DNA from: Octopus sinensis | Taxonomy: Eukaryota | Direction of reading: 5' to 3' | DNA length: 64,000 bases | NCBI RefSeq assembly: GCF_006345805.1 | Contig: NC_042997.1 | Coordinates: 26,846,001 to 26,910,000 of the forward strand | Part shown: positions 63,586-64,000 of the stretch, piece after piece | Layout of the letters: each line of letters starts with the position of its first letter | Numbering within the stretch: the stretch's first letter is position 1 | Program-made: the position numbers and the translations under genes | Notes under the pieces: model-generated | The model's database searches: none | Seen by the model: the letters and a program-made list of their open reading frames with translations, nothing else | What the model was told of the DNA's origin: nothing

Positions 63586-64000
63586 TGCTTGTATATATGT
63601 GCGGTATTGCGATTCCGTGACTGTATTTATTTGTTTTGTTTTACCATTACAAATGGATATATCTTGTCTTGAACAATAGATTTTGCTATAGTTCCTCGTA
63701 TCTGTGTTTTCATTTTTATAATTCAACTTCTTCCTTCAAAGAAGTAGTCATTTCTGAAAAAAAAACCCAGAATCTCCTGAATATAACTTTGCCACCAACA
63801 ACAAAAGGTTTAAAAATTGCAAAATATTCTTATTACTCTAACAAACTGAATTTGGAAAGCCCAAACACTAGTGACCGAAATCCTAAATGTTGACAAGCAG
63901 TAGTTTACATTTTAGCACCGTTTTACATTTACTGGTTTACTATGGAGGTTAGCATTATATTGCTTAACATGGGAAGGATGATATAATAGCAAAACCTGAT

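Overview
AT-rich, microsatellite-dense eukaryotic non-coding DNA. The repeat families look, from memory, like those of Octopus (coleoid cephalopod); this is an inference, not a search result. No intact protein-coding gene is supportable, and nearly all ORFs in the track are microsatellite or antisense-TE artefacts. The window holds about 40 copies of four tRNA-headed SINE families (called A-D here). It also holds decayed R4/Dong-like (RT plus restriction-like endonuclease) and CR1/L2-like LINE pieces, Penelope-like (PLE) RT and GIY-YIG pseudogenes, mariner and maT/Tc1 relics, a non-autonomous Helitron, a 1.26-kb tandem duplication and about nine fold-back elements. The most notable signal is a set of short, mostly (TA)n-abutting repeats from several distinct families that carry minimal type-I hammerhead-ribozyme-like motifs. 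Two of these motifs have a U3-A8 covariant core, one sits directly after a PLE RT fragment, and several lie in head-to-head fold-backs. A few isolated splice-flanked segments could be exons of a large-intron + strand gene (low confidence). All alignments were done by eye, and most boundaries are approximate.
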